Shown here: in pieces, positions 29,631 through 42,331 of the stretch
How positions within the stretch are numbered: the stretch's first letter is position 1
Layout of the letters: each line of letters opens with the position of its first letter
Assembly (NCBI GenBank): GCA_951406725.2
Contig: OX597833.1
Location: 67,704,001-67,768,000 of the forward strand
DNA from: Octopus vulgaris
Lineage: Eukaryota
Direction of reading: 5' to 3'
DNA length: 64,000 bases
Program-made: the position numbers and the translations under genes
The notes under the pieces: generated by a model
Databases searched by the model: none
The model's input: the letters and a program-made list of their open reading frames with translations, nothing else
What the model was told of the DNA's origin: nothing

Positions 29631-29839
29631 CGTATAGAATATAAAACTGGGCCCGAGGTGCCATACAAACGGGAAGCAAGCTTCTAAACAACACACACAC
29701 ACGCCTGCGCTTCTATGTTGCAGATTATATTTTTATGTTACCTGTCTGTAAGATGGCCACGAAATAATCCAATAGAAACGTTGATTTTCAGTTTTAGGAA
29801 AGCGCCATAACGACGATTCTAAAGCAAACAAATTCACTC

Positions 29840-30580
29840 CTCAAATATATTATTGCATTTCCAGCATTTTTCATTAGCCAGCACAATAACATTATCTACA
29901 ATTTTAATCCCTTTCGGCAGTGATTTACGCTGGAATATGACATAAGCCGGCAGTTTCCTACCATTAGCCGTTATATCAGAGCATTACAGCACGACGCTAG
30001 TTTTCATAGCCATCTTTACGAACAGCCTCAATTTTACTCAATCAAGAATAGGATCAGATGCTTTTCCGAAATACAGTGGTTTTCGAACAAAATTCTCTGC
30101 TATTTAAATAAATGCAAGGTTTTTTTTTCTGTCACAAACCAATGATAAATCAATGGAATTGAATAGCTTTTCTTTATATTCTTTAGTCACACGTTCGTGA
30201 ACAGTGGTGTGCGACGTCAGAAGCTGATAGAATGATGATTCGTCAAATGTGTCTGCCAATTACGACACGGTTTCGAATGAGAATTAGGAATCAAACGCTG
30301 GTTCACTCTTAAAGCTTGAATGCGTTTCAATTTAGAGGAAACAGCACAAAATCGTTCTGTCGAAAATGGTGAAAATATTCTTTCAGTTTTTCATCCAATT
30401 CAGGAAATCTGCAATTTTTTCCACTAAAAGCTCGTCCACTTCTCGATTCAGTGCTTAATTTTTCCATTAGTTTATGGCATAAGCGAATGATGGATTCACC
30501 AATGCTAAATCGTCTGGCTGTTTTACAATTTCCTTTTTCTTCGGTTACTTTAAATAATTTCAGTGTTTCTCCGTACTGGA
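29840..30580 (-). pseudogene. Decayed pogo/Tigger-type transposase (HTH plus start of DDE domain)
   Basis: Manual translation: EEKGNCKTARRFSIGESIIR, RFPELDEKLKEY, RRTTV, ANGRKLPAYVIFQRKSLPKG..VIVLANEKCW. Confidence 0.75.
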
Positions 30581-30959
30581 CACGAGCGATGTGTCAGTTA
30601 ATATTTTGCTAACCTCTGGAGAGGAAACTACTCATTTCGTTGAGAAAAAATTAAGCCTGTGACTCAATTTCTGTATTTGTAAACTTAACCCCAAACCTCA
30701 ACGGGAAGAGCATACCACTACTAGCAATAGTAGTGATATAGAACAGCCAGTCAATCCATGCGGTAACACTTTGATTGCGTGTTAACACTGTCTGGGATTC
30801 AGTGTTTGATGCACTGCTGTTGTTGATATTTGGACAGGAATGGCTGTGTGGTAAGAAGCTTGCTTCCGGTATAGCGTTTGTCTGTGTGATTGTGGATTTT
30901 GAGGGTAATGCACGTGTATTTTTGGTTTTCCTGGTGGTGCAACGTTTTTCCTTTTGTTT

Positions 30960-32170
30960 AATGGAGGGGCGTCGGATGAGGAGCTGTGAAGGCTTGAATT
31001 GTTCAGACTCAGACTTTGTGACGTCTCAGGAAGAGATGGTGGAATGTTTAAAAAGAATTGATGAGAAAATGGAAAGAAAAAATTATGCTGCTGCAGCAAA
31101 AGAAATATGTGAAGACATAAGTCTGGAAGAATTAAGTAATTTTTTTTTTAAATGCTTTAAAGGGAAGGGAACAAAGTAAAGGTGTTCCTTCCCAAAGAAG
31201 TTTTGAAGGAGAAACAAGAAGGAACAATTATTTACAGAACGTATTATTATTTACAGGAAGTCATGTCGACGGTGCAAGTTGAAAAGGCACTTAGACCAAT
31301 CTGGCAAGGGATTTCCTACCTTTCCAGAGGAAAAATGTTTGGAGCGGTGGAGGCGCATATCCGGGAGATAGCTACCGCCAGGTTGCACTCACCTACACCG
31401 TTGGGAACAGACGAAGTGGTGCTTCTACCCGTATACTTTGGGAGACGTGCTTCCAGGGTTAGGGTAGAAGAAGTGCCCCCAGAAGTGCATGTAGCCTGGC
31501 TGGTAGCTGCCATACTAGGCATGGAGGAGAAGGTGGTGGTCCTCCAGGCCACCAGAACACCTCACAGTAACTGGCAAGGACAAAGACTCGATATGGTGGT
31601 ACAAGTTGCAGAGGAGGGTATTGAAAATATGGTCGAGACCATCACGGTCCGAGAGGCAGCACAGAGAGTTAAAATGTAAAGAAGGATGCCGTTGTGCTAC
31701 AAATGTGTCCTGAAAGGCTACATTGGAGGGACTGTCCTCCAGCACTCGTGAAGAATAAAGAGAACGAGAAGTAAATAGGGACTTCACCACCGACGAAAAC
31801 CAGTACCAGCGTCGAGGAGGAGGAAGTGAACGAGGAAAAGAATGGATGGGAAGCGGCTGGGAAGAAAAAAAGAAAGAGAAGAAAAAGAGTACACGTTGTA
31901 AATGACGACCCCGACTCTGCCGCAACCACTCCCTCCAGACACCAACCCTTTCCATGCCCCACCTGACATAAACGCAAGCACAAGCACACAGGAACCCCAA
32001 ATTTCCCCACTCTCGCCCGGCAATGAAATATATGTTATACTGTACGATGGAGAAAATGAAAAACTTGATAATGAGATAAACTCGTGGCATAGAATGATGG
32101 ATATAACAGAGGATATAACAAGAGTGAAGGGGTTGTCCAGGTACATACGCTGTGTGATGGCAGACCCGGG
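30960..32170 (+). pseudogene. Frameshifted ORF1/gag-like protein with degenerate CCHC knuckle
   Basis: Overlapping ORFs 30775-31179, 31182-31679, 31902-32204; CYKCVLKGYI..C at 31695-31735; aligns by eye with 46760-48070. Confidence 0.65.
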
Positions 32171-32184
32171 GTGCCTTTCAAGAT

Positions 32185-32622
32185 TAAAGGAGCACCACAT
32201 TTAGTCGAGCAAATCGACCCCAGGACTTATTCTTTGTAAGCTTAGTACTTATTCTATCGGTCTATTTTGCCGAACCGCTAACTTACGTGGACGTAAACAC
32301 ACCAGCATCGGTTGTCAAGCGATGTGGGGGAACAAACACAGACACACAAACACACATATATACATATACATATATACGACGGGCTACTTTCAGTTTCCGT
32401 CGACCAAATCCACTCACAAGACACACAAACTTATACACACACATACACACACTCACACACATATACGAGTGCTTCTTTCAGTTTCCGTCTACCAAATCCA
32501 CTCACCAGGCTTTGGTCGGCCCCAGGCTATTGTAGAAGACACTTTCCCAAGATTCTACGCAGTGGGACTGAACTCAGAACCATGTGGTTAGCAAGCAAGC
32601 TACTTACCACACAGCCACTCCT
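32185..32622 (-). mobile_element. SINE family B with internal duplication
   Basis: Colinear with 49432-49838; TTTCAGTTTCCGTC..AAATCCACTCAC present twice. Confidence 0.88.
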
Positions 32623-33329
32623 ATATATTATCGGATGAATGTGAGTATAGTTGGAGTAATTTCCCAAGATTTCTAATGTCTTATCGTCATACATTGCTTT
32701 TGAATTTACTTATATAAATTCGTATAGGTATGAAAATTTGTATAGAAATAAACAGTATATGATTTAACTTATTAAACACAATTCAACAAATTAATTCATA
32801 TTTACGTAATGGAGGGGATTAGATGGATTAGACGTTAAAATGGATTATAGTAGTTTTTTCTAAAAAAATTCTTAAGTCGATAGGATAATTGAAGGTTAAG
32901 TAAATACTAAATTCGTATTTCAAAATTCATTCAAATCTTTGTTTGGATTCCTCATCGTACATACAAATACAGATTGACTAGTAATATAATTCATTTAAGA
33001 AGTTTTAGATAGACACATATATAGGAAGTCATAGAGAAAATGTCAGATTTTTTTAATATTACGTATATTAACATCCATGTATATATTTTTTAGTCTTGGT
33101 TCAATTAGGCATGACTGCAAGAACGAATACCTGAATACAATATGATTACTTAAATATGATTACTATAACGGCGATGCTTCAGCATGGCCACAGCTACGAG
33201 TTGAAATAACAGATTTTAAGGGGCTGACAGAGTGCTTGCAGGCCTTCTCTATCGTCCTAAATCTGGCTTCTACTGATCCAAATTTTCTTCCTCTTGTAAC
33301 ATAACTTCTATATATACTTATATACTATA

Positions 33330-33846
33330 CTAGCAGTATCGCCCGGCGTTGCTCGGATTTGTAAGGGAAATAACTATATAAGCATTTTTAGAGAGTTACT
33401 TCCCTTATAGATTCCAATTCGGGCTTTCTTAGCCATTTCTGTTTTGGTGTCTTCAAGCCATGAAGTCGTTGTTCTAAAAGAACGTTGGTCTCCTTGACAA
33501 CGCATTACGACGTTGATTTCCTTAAACTCCCTTCCCCACAGCTTCACGAGGGAGGGAAGAAGGGGGAGAAGCAAACACAGGTGCAGATGTTTGAGCGTGG
33601 ACGCCAACTCCGCCGCCATCGACACACGAAAAATTATGCATTAAAATGGAATAAAAAATGATGTTAAATTATTTTTAAAATCGTAGACTCATCGTAGACG
33701 CGCGCTAATACTCAGACGGACTCGATATTAATCACGACTATAAGATACCCGAATTTGGTTAAACTGCACCGCAAAATGTGGGAGGAGTTAGGAATCAAAA
33801 TCGTAGGAGACAGACACTCACACAACTACAGTTTTATATATATAGA
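33330..33846 (-). mobile_element. Non-autonomous Helitron
   Basis: Minus strand begins A|TCTATATATATAAAAC and ends CCGAGCAACGCCGGGCGATACTGCTAG|T: 5' TC, subterminal GC hairpin, 3' CTAG, A/T target, no TSD. Confidence 0.8.
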
Positions 33847-34019
33847 TATACTTCTAACGTTTTCTTTAGTTTTTATACCAGCTATCGACGAGTGCAAATA
33901 TGACTATTACGATTTTCTATTTATGAATATCTGAGTCTTTTTGCGTGAAACAAATTGTATAGCAACAGTAAAAATAAAAACTATAATCCATTTTAATATC
34001 TAATCTCCTCCATTACTTA

Positions 34020-34185
34020 AAGACGAAATAACAAGTACAGTGTTATTGGACGCTCGGGAAAGGAAAGAAAGAAGGATGATTTAACGTTTCGAGCGGAGCT
34101 CTTCGTCAGAAACACAGGAAAAGGAAAGATCCAAGGAAGGGAAGACAGAGGGAAAAAAATCGCCAACGATACACACGCGGTCATA
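34020..34185 (-). mobile_element. Hammerhead-motif repeat with canonical core
   Basis: Minus strand GTTT-CTGACGA-A-GAGC-TCC-GCTC-GAAACGTT-AAAT at 34079-34113. Confidence 0.75.
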
Positions 34186-34494
34186 TATATACATATATTT
34201 CAGGTACTCTAGTGGTTTATTGGGGCCGACGGCTTTGGAACTTTTTCCGTATCGAAGTACGATAAACTAAAAAAAATTTGATATCTCACGGTGGGCAGCC
34301 AGGTTTGGCAAGTATGCAAATACAGACACGGGATGGAGTAGATACGGGATAGAGTAGATACAAGGAATGGAGTAGATAAAATTTGGGCTACATATGTTTC
34401 ATAGCGAGCGGGACTGCGGAAGTGGTAACTTACCCAAGTGAGGTATATACTGCAGGCTATCCTTCAGGGAAATCAATAAGTATATAAATATCAG

Positions 34495-34718
34495 TGATGA
34501 CTGACCATGTGATTGCACCAAGAAAGTTCCCCTCCGAGACACAGATCCGTGCAAAGTTGTTCTATGGAAGACCAGCTGTCGCCTATGCATACCAGCCTCC
34601 TCTTCCTACATCACTAATGTTATCCAAGGGAGAGGCAAAGGTCGATACAGCTTGGCACCTGTGACGTCGCAACCAGTTTCTACAGCTGAGTGAATTGGAG
34701 CAATGTGAAATAAAGTAT
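34495..34718 (-). mobile_element. 5'-truncated SINE sharing the family C central segment but with a different 3' body
   Basis: Minus strand ACTTTATTTCACATTGCTCCAATTCACTCAGCTG as at 28317-28350, then unrelated sequence. Confidence 0.6.
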
Positions 34719-35006
34719 ATATACATTTATTTATACTAAGGGCATTACTACACATGAATGCTTCACGCTAGGAGGGACTCTTAAAGTCAAAACTACCATA
34801 ATAAACATATTTTGTACCAAACGCGAGGGTATGTAACACTTGAAGCGAGCCTTCTAAAAACAGATTCTGCTGCAGATCATATAATTTCATAATTAGTGGG
34901 CAAAATATATATTTAAAAGGAATAATTAATAAATTTTCCCTTATGAGGTTTTTCACGCTAACTAATTGATAATTTCTCATTAAAATGTTATAGTTTTTAA
35001 ATTGTG

Positions 35007-35102
<96 letters not shown>

Positions 35103-35104
35103 TA

Positions 35105-35259
35105 TGAGAAGGGTTTCTTTCAGTTTCCGTCTACAAATTTCACTCACAAGGCTTTGGTCTCCATGAAGCTATAGTAGAAGAAACTTGCCCAAGTTGCCAC
35201 GCAGTGGGACTGAACCCGCAACAATGTGGTTAGGAAGCAAGCTCCTTATCACATACCCA

Positions 35260-35260
<1 letters not shown>
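35105..35260 (-). mobile_element. SINE family B 5' half
   Basis: TTCTTTCAGTTTCCGTCTAC..GCAGTGGGACTGAACCC. Confidence 0.8.
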
Positions 35261-35299
<39 letters not shown>

Positions 35300-35351
35300 A
35301 ATACACCCCTCACACATACACACACAGACACACACCCACCCACAGACACAG

Positions 35352-35389
<38 letters not shown>

Positions 35390-36662
35390 TGATATATACA
35401 TATATGCCTACACAGATGAGCAAATATATAAATGTACTAAGATTAACACATGCTTATACGTATGTAAACATCAGGAGTACACGCACATATAGATAAACAC
35501 ACACACACGCAGAAATATACACGGGAAACCACATGCATATTGATATACACTTATAGACACATGTAGTCAAACACATACACTCCAGTGCAGAGAAATAAAG
35601 AAATATATTGGAATACGCACACATTTATATATAGACGTAGAGATATACGTACATAGAAATAGAGAGAGATTAATACAGGCGTAGACACACATACCGATAC
35701 GCAGACACAGGGCCACACACACGCACACATACATTTCTATATCTAAGCATATATATATATATATATATATATATGCATATATATATATGCATATATATAC
35801 ATATGCATATATATACATATGCATATATATGTATACACATATATTTATACATACATATATATATATACATACACACATATACACACATATACACACATAT
35901 ATATATATACATGCATATATATATTCATATATACACATATATTTACATATATACATATATACACATATATATATATATATTGACATATATACATACATAT
36001 ACATATATACATACATATACATACATACATATACATATATATATATTCATATATATATATATATATATATATGTACATATATACATACATATGTGCACGT
36101 AAGATATACGCATAGAAACCCACACGTGAACACACGCACATGGAAACACACTCATACGCAGTCAATATACACACATATGCAAACACACACAAAGTCTCAA
36201 ACACACACACATAGCGAAAGAAACATACGCACACAGGCGCACAAAGAGAAAAACGTACACCTAACAGACATACAGACACACTCACACACACAGACACAAA
36301 CATAAGCATTCGACACACACACACACAATAATATACCGCACACACGAACACATACACACACACAGACACTCCCGCGCGCGCCCGCGCACGTAGACGAATC
36401 GACACGCGAACACACGTACGTACATATATACCCAAGACATGCATGATTGCATTTAGAGAGAAAACGTGGTTCCGGCTGCCTGATTGCAGTTGTAGCCAGT
36501 CACGCTTCACCTGGCTTCTTAACACCAATTCTAATATTTTCTCTCCTTGGCATTCAAACATTCGTCTTTTCCATTCTTCATTCTTACTTTCCTTCACACA
36601 CACACTCTCTCTTTCTCTTTCTCTGTCTTTATCTCTCTCTCTCTCTCAAGTTCTCTCTATCC

Positions 36663-36720
<58 letters not shown>

Positions 36721-36908
36721 GTCCGTTATTCATTTTCTTTTGACAATCTAACCCGTTTCTCTTCTCCAATGTCTTCGACTTTTTGTGTGCGTGTGTGCGT
36801 GTATTTATATATCTATAACTATATCTACATCTATCTAGCTACCGAGCAAGTTATCCCTTCTCTCCCATCCTCTTTCTGTCTATCTGTCTATCTATCTATG
36901 TATGTATG

Positions 36909-36943
<35 letters not shown>

Positions 36944-37023
36944 TAATCTATCTGTGTGTCTGTGTGTCTGTGTGTCTGTTTATCTTTCTATCTATCCATC
37001 TATCTATCTCTCTCGCTCGCTAT

Positions 37024-37076
<53 letters not shown>

Positions 37077-37570
37077 CACACACACACACAGACACACATA
37101 CCTATCTATCTACATATATATCTATCTGTCTGTCTGGTGTCGTCGATTTGTAAATCAGTCACTCAGTCAATAAATCAATCACTCACTCGATCAATTAATC
37201 AGTCAATCTCTCTCACTCCGTCTCTCTCTCTCAGTCTATCCATTTATGTATCTATCTATCTCTCCCCTCACTCATTCTCTCCCTCTCTCTCTCTCTCTCT
37301 AGCTTGCTATTTATCAAGCAAGCTGTGTCTGTTGAGCTACTAATCTGTCTGTGTTTCCATCGTTCTACCGATCGATCAATCGATGAGTCAATCTATTGAT
37401 TTGTCTGTATTACCGTGCATCTTTGTCTGTCTTTCTCTCTCTGTGTCTCTGTTCCACTCTTTCTTTCTTTCTCTCTCTCTCTCGCTCTATCTTCCTTTCT
37501 TTCCTCATTCTTTTCTCTCTCTCTCTCCTTCTATCTCTCTCTCTCTCTCTCTATCTTTCTTCATTCCTTT

Positions 37571-37644
<74 letters not shown>

Positions 37645-38170
37645 TCAGTAATCTCTTCTCCCTGTCACCTCTATCTCTTCTTACTCTCTCTCTCTCACTC
37701 TCTCTCACACTATCTCACTCTCACATTTCTTAGTATCCTCTCTCTCATCTTCCCACTTTCACTCCCTACCCCACCTCTTATATCCCCACCTCTCACCAAT
37801 TCCTTTCAACTTTCTTCTTCCTCTCGCCCTGACTGCTTTCTTCAATTTTATAGAATTTCGCCATCAGCACAGATATCACCGATATGTCTGCCAGTCTGAT
37901 CGCCTGTCTGTCTCTTCTTAACTCTCTCTCTCTCTCTCTCTCTCTCAAACACACACACACACACGCACACACGCACCATATATCTTAACCCCACCCCCAC
38001 CTATCCACGTACTCTTCTCTGTTTCTCACTCACACACACACAGGAAAACATACATACACTCACACACGTTTTTCCTCACACATCAACATTAAAACACACA
38101 TATTCACCTTTCTGCAGCCACATAAATATTTACATATATACATACATACACACATACATACATACATACA

Positions 38171-38206
<36 letters not shown>

Positions 38207-39178
38207 CATATATACATACATACATACATACACACATACATACACACACACACATGCATACATACATACATACATACATACATACATACATAGACACATA
38301 CATACACACATACATACACACATACATACATACACACACATACACACTCACTGCCATACATACATACACACATACATACATGCATACATACATACATACA
38401 TACATACACACATATATACATACATACATACACACATATATACATACATACATGCATGCATATATACACACACACATAATACATAGATACATACATACAT
38501 ACATACATACACACATATATACATACATACATACATACATACATACACACATACATACATACATACATACACACATACATACACATACATACACACATAC
38601 ATACATACACACATACATACATACACACACATACACACTCACTGCCATACATACATACACACATACATACATACATACATACATACATACATACACACAC
38701 ACATATATACATACATACATACACACATATATACATACAGACATGCATGCATATATACACACACACATAATACATACATACATACATACATACATACATA
38801 CATACACACATATATACATACATACACACATATATACATACATACATACATACATACACACATACATACATACATACATACACACATACATACACATACA
38901 TACACACATACATACATACACTCATACATACATACATACACTCATACATACATACATGCATACATACATACATACATACATAAGCATCTACGTGCATACA
39001 TACACATACACACGCATGCATATACACGCACACACACACATACTCTGGCAAAAACAAATATACAAGATGTCCCCCCCCTGCACATCTCCGCTTCGACTCT
39101 TTAACTTATTCACGTTCTTCCGTATCCTTCCCTCTTCTTTCATTCTTAACACACATTGCCCCGCTTTCACTCTCCCTC

Positions 39179-39217
<39 letters not shown>

Positions 39218-39262
39218 TTCTCTCTCACTGTCCCATTCTTTCTAGCATACATACACAAGCAG

Positions 39263-39330
<68 letters not shown>
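35260..39330. repeat. About 4 kb of compound microsatellites: (TA)n, (CA)n, (CT)n, (TATC)n, (ACAT)n
   Basis: Direct inspection; short unique islands only. Confidence 0.92.
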
Positions 39331-39331
<1 letters not shown>

Positions 39332-39332
<1 letters not shown>

Positions 39333-39925
39333 ATTTCTTTATTGCCCACAAGGGGCTAAACATAGAGGGGAGAAACAACGAGAGACAGAGGGATTAAATC
39401 GATTATATCAACCCTAGTGCGTAACTGGTACTTAATTAACGACCCCGAAAGGATGAAAGGCAAAGTCGACCTCGGCGGAATTTGAACTAAGAACGTAGCG
39501 GCAGACGAAATACCTATTTCTTTACTGTCCACAAAGGGCTAAACACAGAGGGGACAAACAAGGACAGACAAACGAATTAAGTCGATTACATCAACCCCAG
39601 TGCGTAACTGGTACTTAATTTATCGACCCCGAAAGGATGAAAGGCAAAGTCGACCTCGGCGGAATTTGAACTCAGAACGTAACTGCAGACCAAATACTTA
39701 TTTCTTTACTACCTATCACAAGGGGCTAAACACAGAGAGGACAAACGAGGACAGACAAACGAATTAAGTCGATTACATCGACTCGAGTGCGTAACTGGTA
39801 CTTAATTTACCGACCCCGAAAGGATGAAAGGCAACGTCAACCTCGGCGGAATTTGAACTCAGAACGTAGCGGCAGACGAAATACTGCTAAGCATTTCGCC
39901 CGGCGTGCTAACGTTTCTGTCAGCT
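39332..39925 (-). mobile_element. SINE family A trimer
   Basis: Three units, junctions near 39511 and 39695, single head at right. Confidence 0.9.
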
Positions 39926-40089
39926 GTCATATATCGTACCTAGCAATTCATGTTTTTTTTAAGTTATATAGATGAAAAAAGTAAAAAGAAAAACAATTTG
40001 ACATTAAGTTGAAAAATGACTTGATAGTTTTTTAATAGCATACATTTTAATTAGACACCAGCAAAACGCTCCCCGTCCAATGGACGGTG

Positions 40090-40459
40090 CTGAGTTGTCA
40101 AACTTTTAAACCAAATTTTCTCAAAAAAAAACTTGTCCGACTGTCCCCTGGGCCTCCCCTTTGAGAAACACTGATTTAACCTAAATTTGAGACACAAGCA
40201 AAAGAAGAAATAAAGATAGGCTTTTTTCTATTCCAAAGAAAAACGATTTTATTCACACAAATATGCAACCGAAGAGTTTAAAGTATCAGTAGTCGATCGC
40301 ATTCTCACCTGGAATCGATTTTTGTAATTTTTTTGAAGACTTATACACGCCCTTATACCGTCGGTATCTACATATCAAATTTGAGCGCAATCAGATGGAG
40401 GATGCCCAAGATCCTAGAAGACACAGACAGACAGACAGAACGGATTTTATCTAATAGAT
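40090..40459 (-). mobile_element. Helitron-like element 5' part (same family as 27560-27875)
   Basis: Minus strand starts A|TCTATTAGATAAAATCCGTT(CTGT)n; long match to 27565-27870. Confidence 0.6.
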
Positions 40460-40912
40460 TTGTAAAAAGTAGTAGGGTGACAGTAACTTCGAAGTTCCGG
40501 CCTGAAAGCCTTCATCGGTCTATCAATACGTATACACACACACATACATACGCATACAGACACATATATGTACACACACATATACACAAACGCTCACAAA
40601 CACATAAATAGACTTGGAAATGGATGTGTGGCGTTGGGAGAGAGAGGGGGAGGCGGGATGAGGGGAAGGAAGTAAGTATTGGGTTGAAGGGGATTTGATG
40701 ATGAATAAATTTCTGTCTGAAAAAAAAGGAAATGAAGGAAATTGGAGAAGGAAATAGTGAATTCACACACATTCACACACACACACACACACACACATAC
40801 ACGCGTATACACACGCATTCTCCCACACACGCTCGTATATGTGGTAGCTATGAGGTGCGTAAACGGGATGAATGTAGTACTAAATAAATAGTTTATAAAA
40901 TAGACAAGTAGA

Positions 40913-40971
<59 letters not shown>

Positions 40972-40972
<1 letters not shown>

Positions 40973-41284
40973 CATAAGATGCAGTGTATATTTAAACACA
41001 TGAGGAATCCACTCATAGGATTCAACACGCTAGAAAGAACAGCTACGTTCTATAACCACAAAAATTAGGGATAAAATTCGACAGGCGAGTTCTTTTACTC
41101 GCTAAACTAAAATCAGAAAACAATTTGTCCAGGAAGCTAGATGGTAAAATGTTTTTAGCTTTCATTTCGTTCCTATCGAATTTTATCCCTAATTTTTGTG
41201 GTTAAAGAACCTAGCTGTTTTTTCTAGCGTGTTGAATTCCTATGAATGGATTCCTTGTGTTTAAATGTACACAGTATCTTATGA
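40972..41284. repeat. Inverted repeat with about 120-bp arms and 80-bp spacer, abutting (TA)n
   Basis: TCATAAGAT..AACCACAAAAATTAGGGATAAAATTCGA / TCGAATTTTATCCCTAATTTTTGTGGTT..ATCTTATGA. Confidence 0.88.
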
Positions 41285-41377
41285 CTAAAATATAGTCTTT
41301 TGGACTCAGTTTTCACACGTTAGACCACTGGAAATGTAAATTTTAATTAATTTCCATTTCTCTTTGATATGATTAAA

Positions 41378-41456
<79 letters not shown>

Positions 41457-41500
41457 TTATATATATATATGTAGAGAGAGAGAGAGAGAGAGAGATAGGA

Positions 41501-41555
<55 letters not shown>

Positions 41556-41906
41556 GACAAAAAGATAGATAGATAGATAGATAGAGAGATAGAGAGATAT
41601 AGATATTCATGCGTTGTGCGCGTGTGCCTACGTAGTCACGCACATATTGATAAACCGATAGACGGGTTGAGAGATGTTATTGGGGCTGTAAAGTTAAGTA
41701 AGGGACTCAGGGCCAAGACTTTCGTGCATTTAGCTTTCGGTGCAATGCATGAAACACTCGGGTCAGAAGCTCACTGATGCAACTTTACAGCCGGACATAA
41801 ATGTACATATATATACATTTTTAATTCGTCTCATTCGCCATGAAATGTTTCTATCCGATGTGGTCTTCGCGCACATATTTTAAGACATTAGTCATTACAT
41901 TCCAAT

Positions 41907-42082
<176 letters not shown>

Positions 42083-42091
42083 CACATATAT

Positions 42092-42180
<89 letters not shown>

Positions 42181-42246
42181 CAATATATATATACACATAT
42201 ATATACAGTATATATATATATATATATATATACAGTATATATATAT

Positions 42247-42330
<84 letters not shown>

Positions 42331-42331
<1 letters not shown>

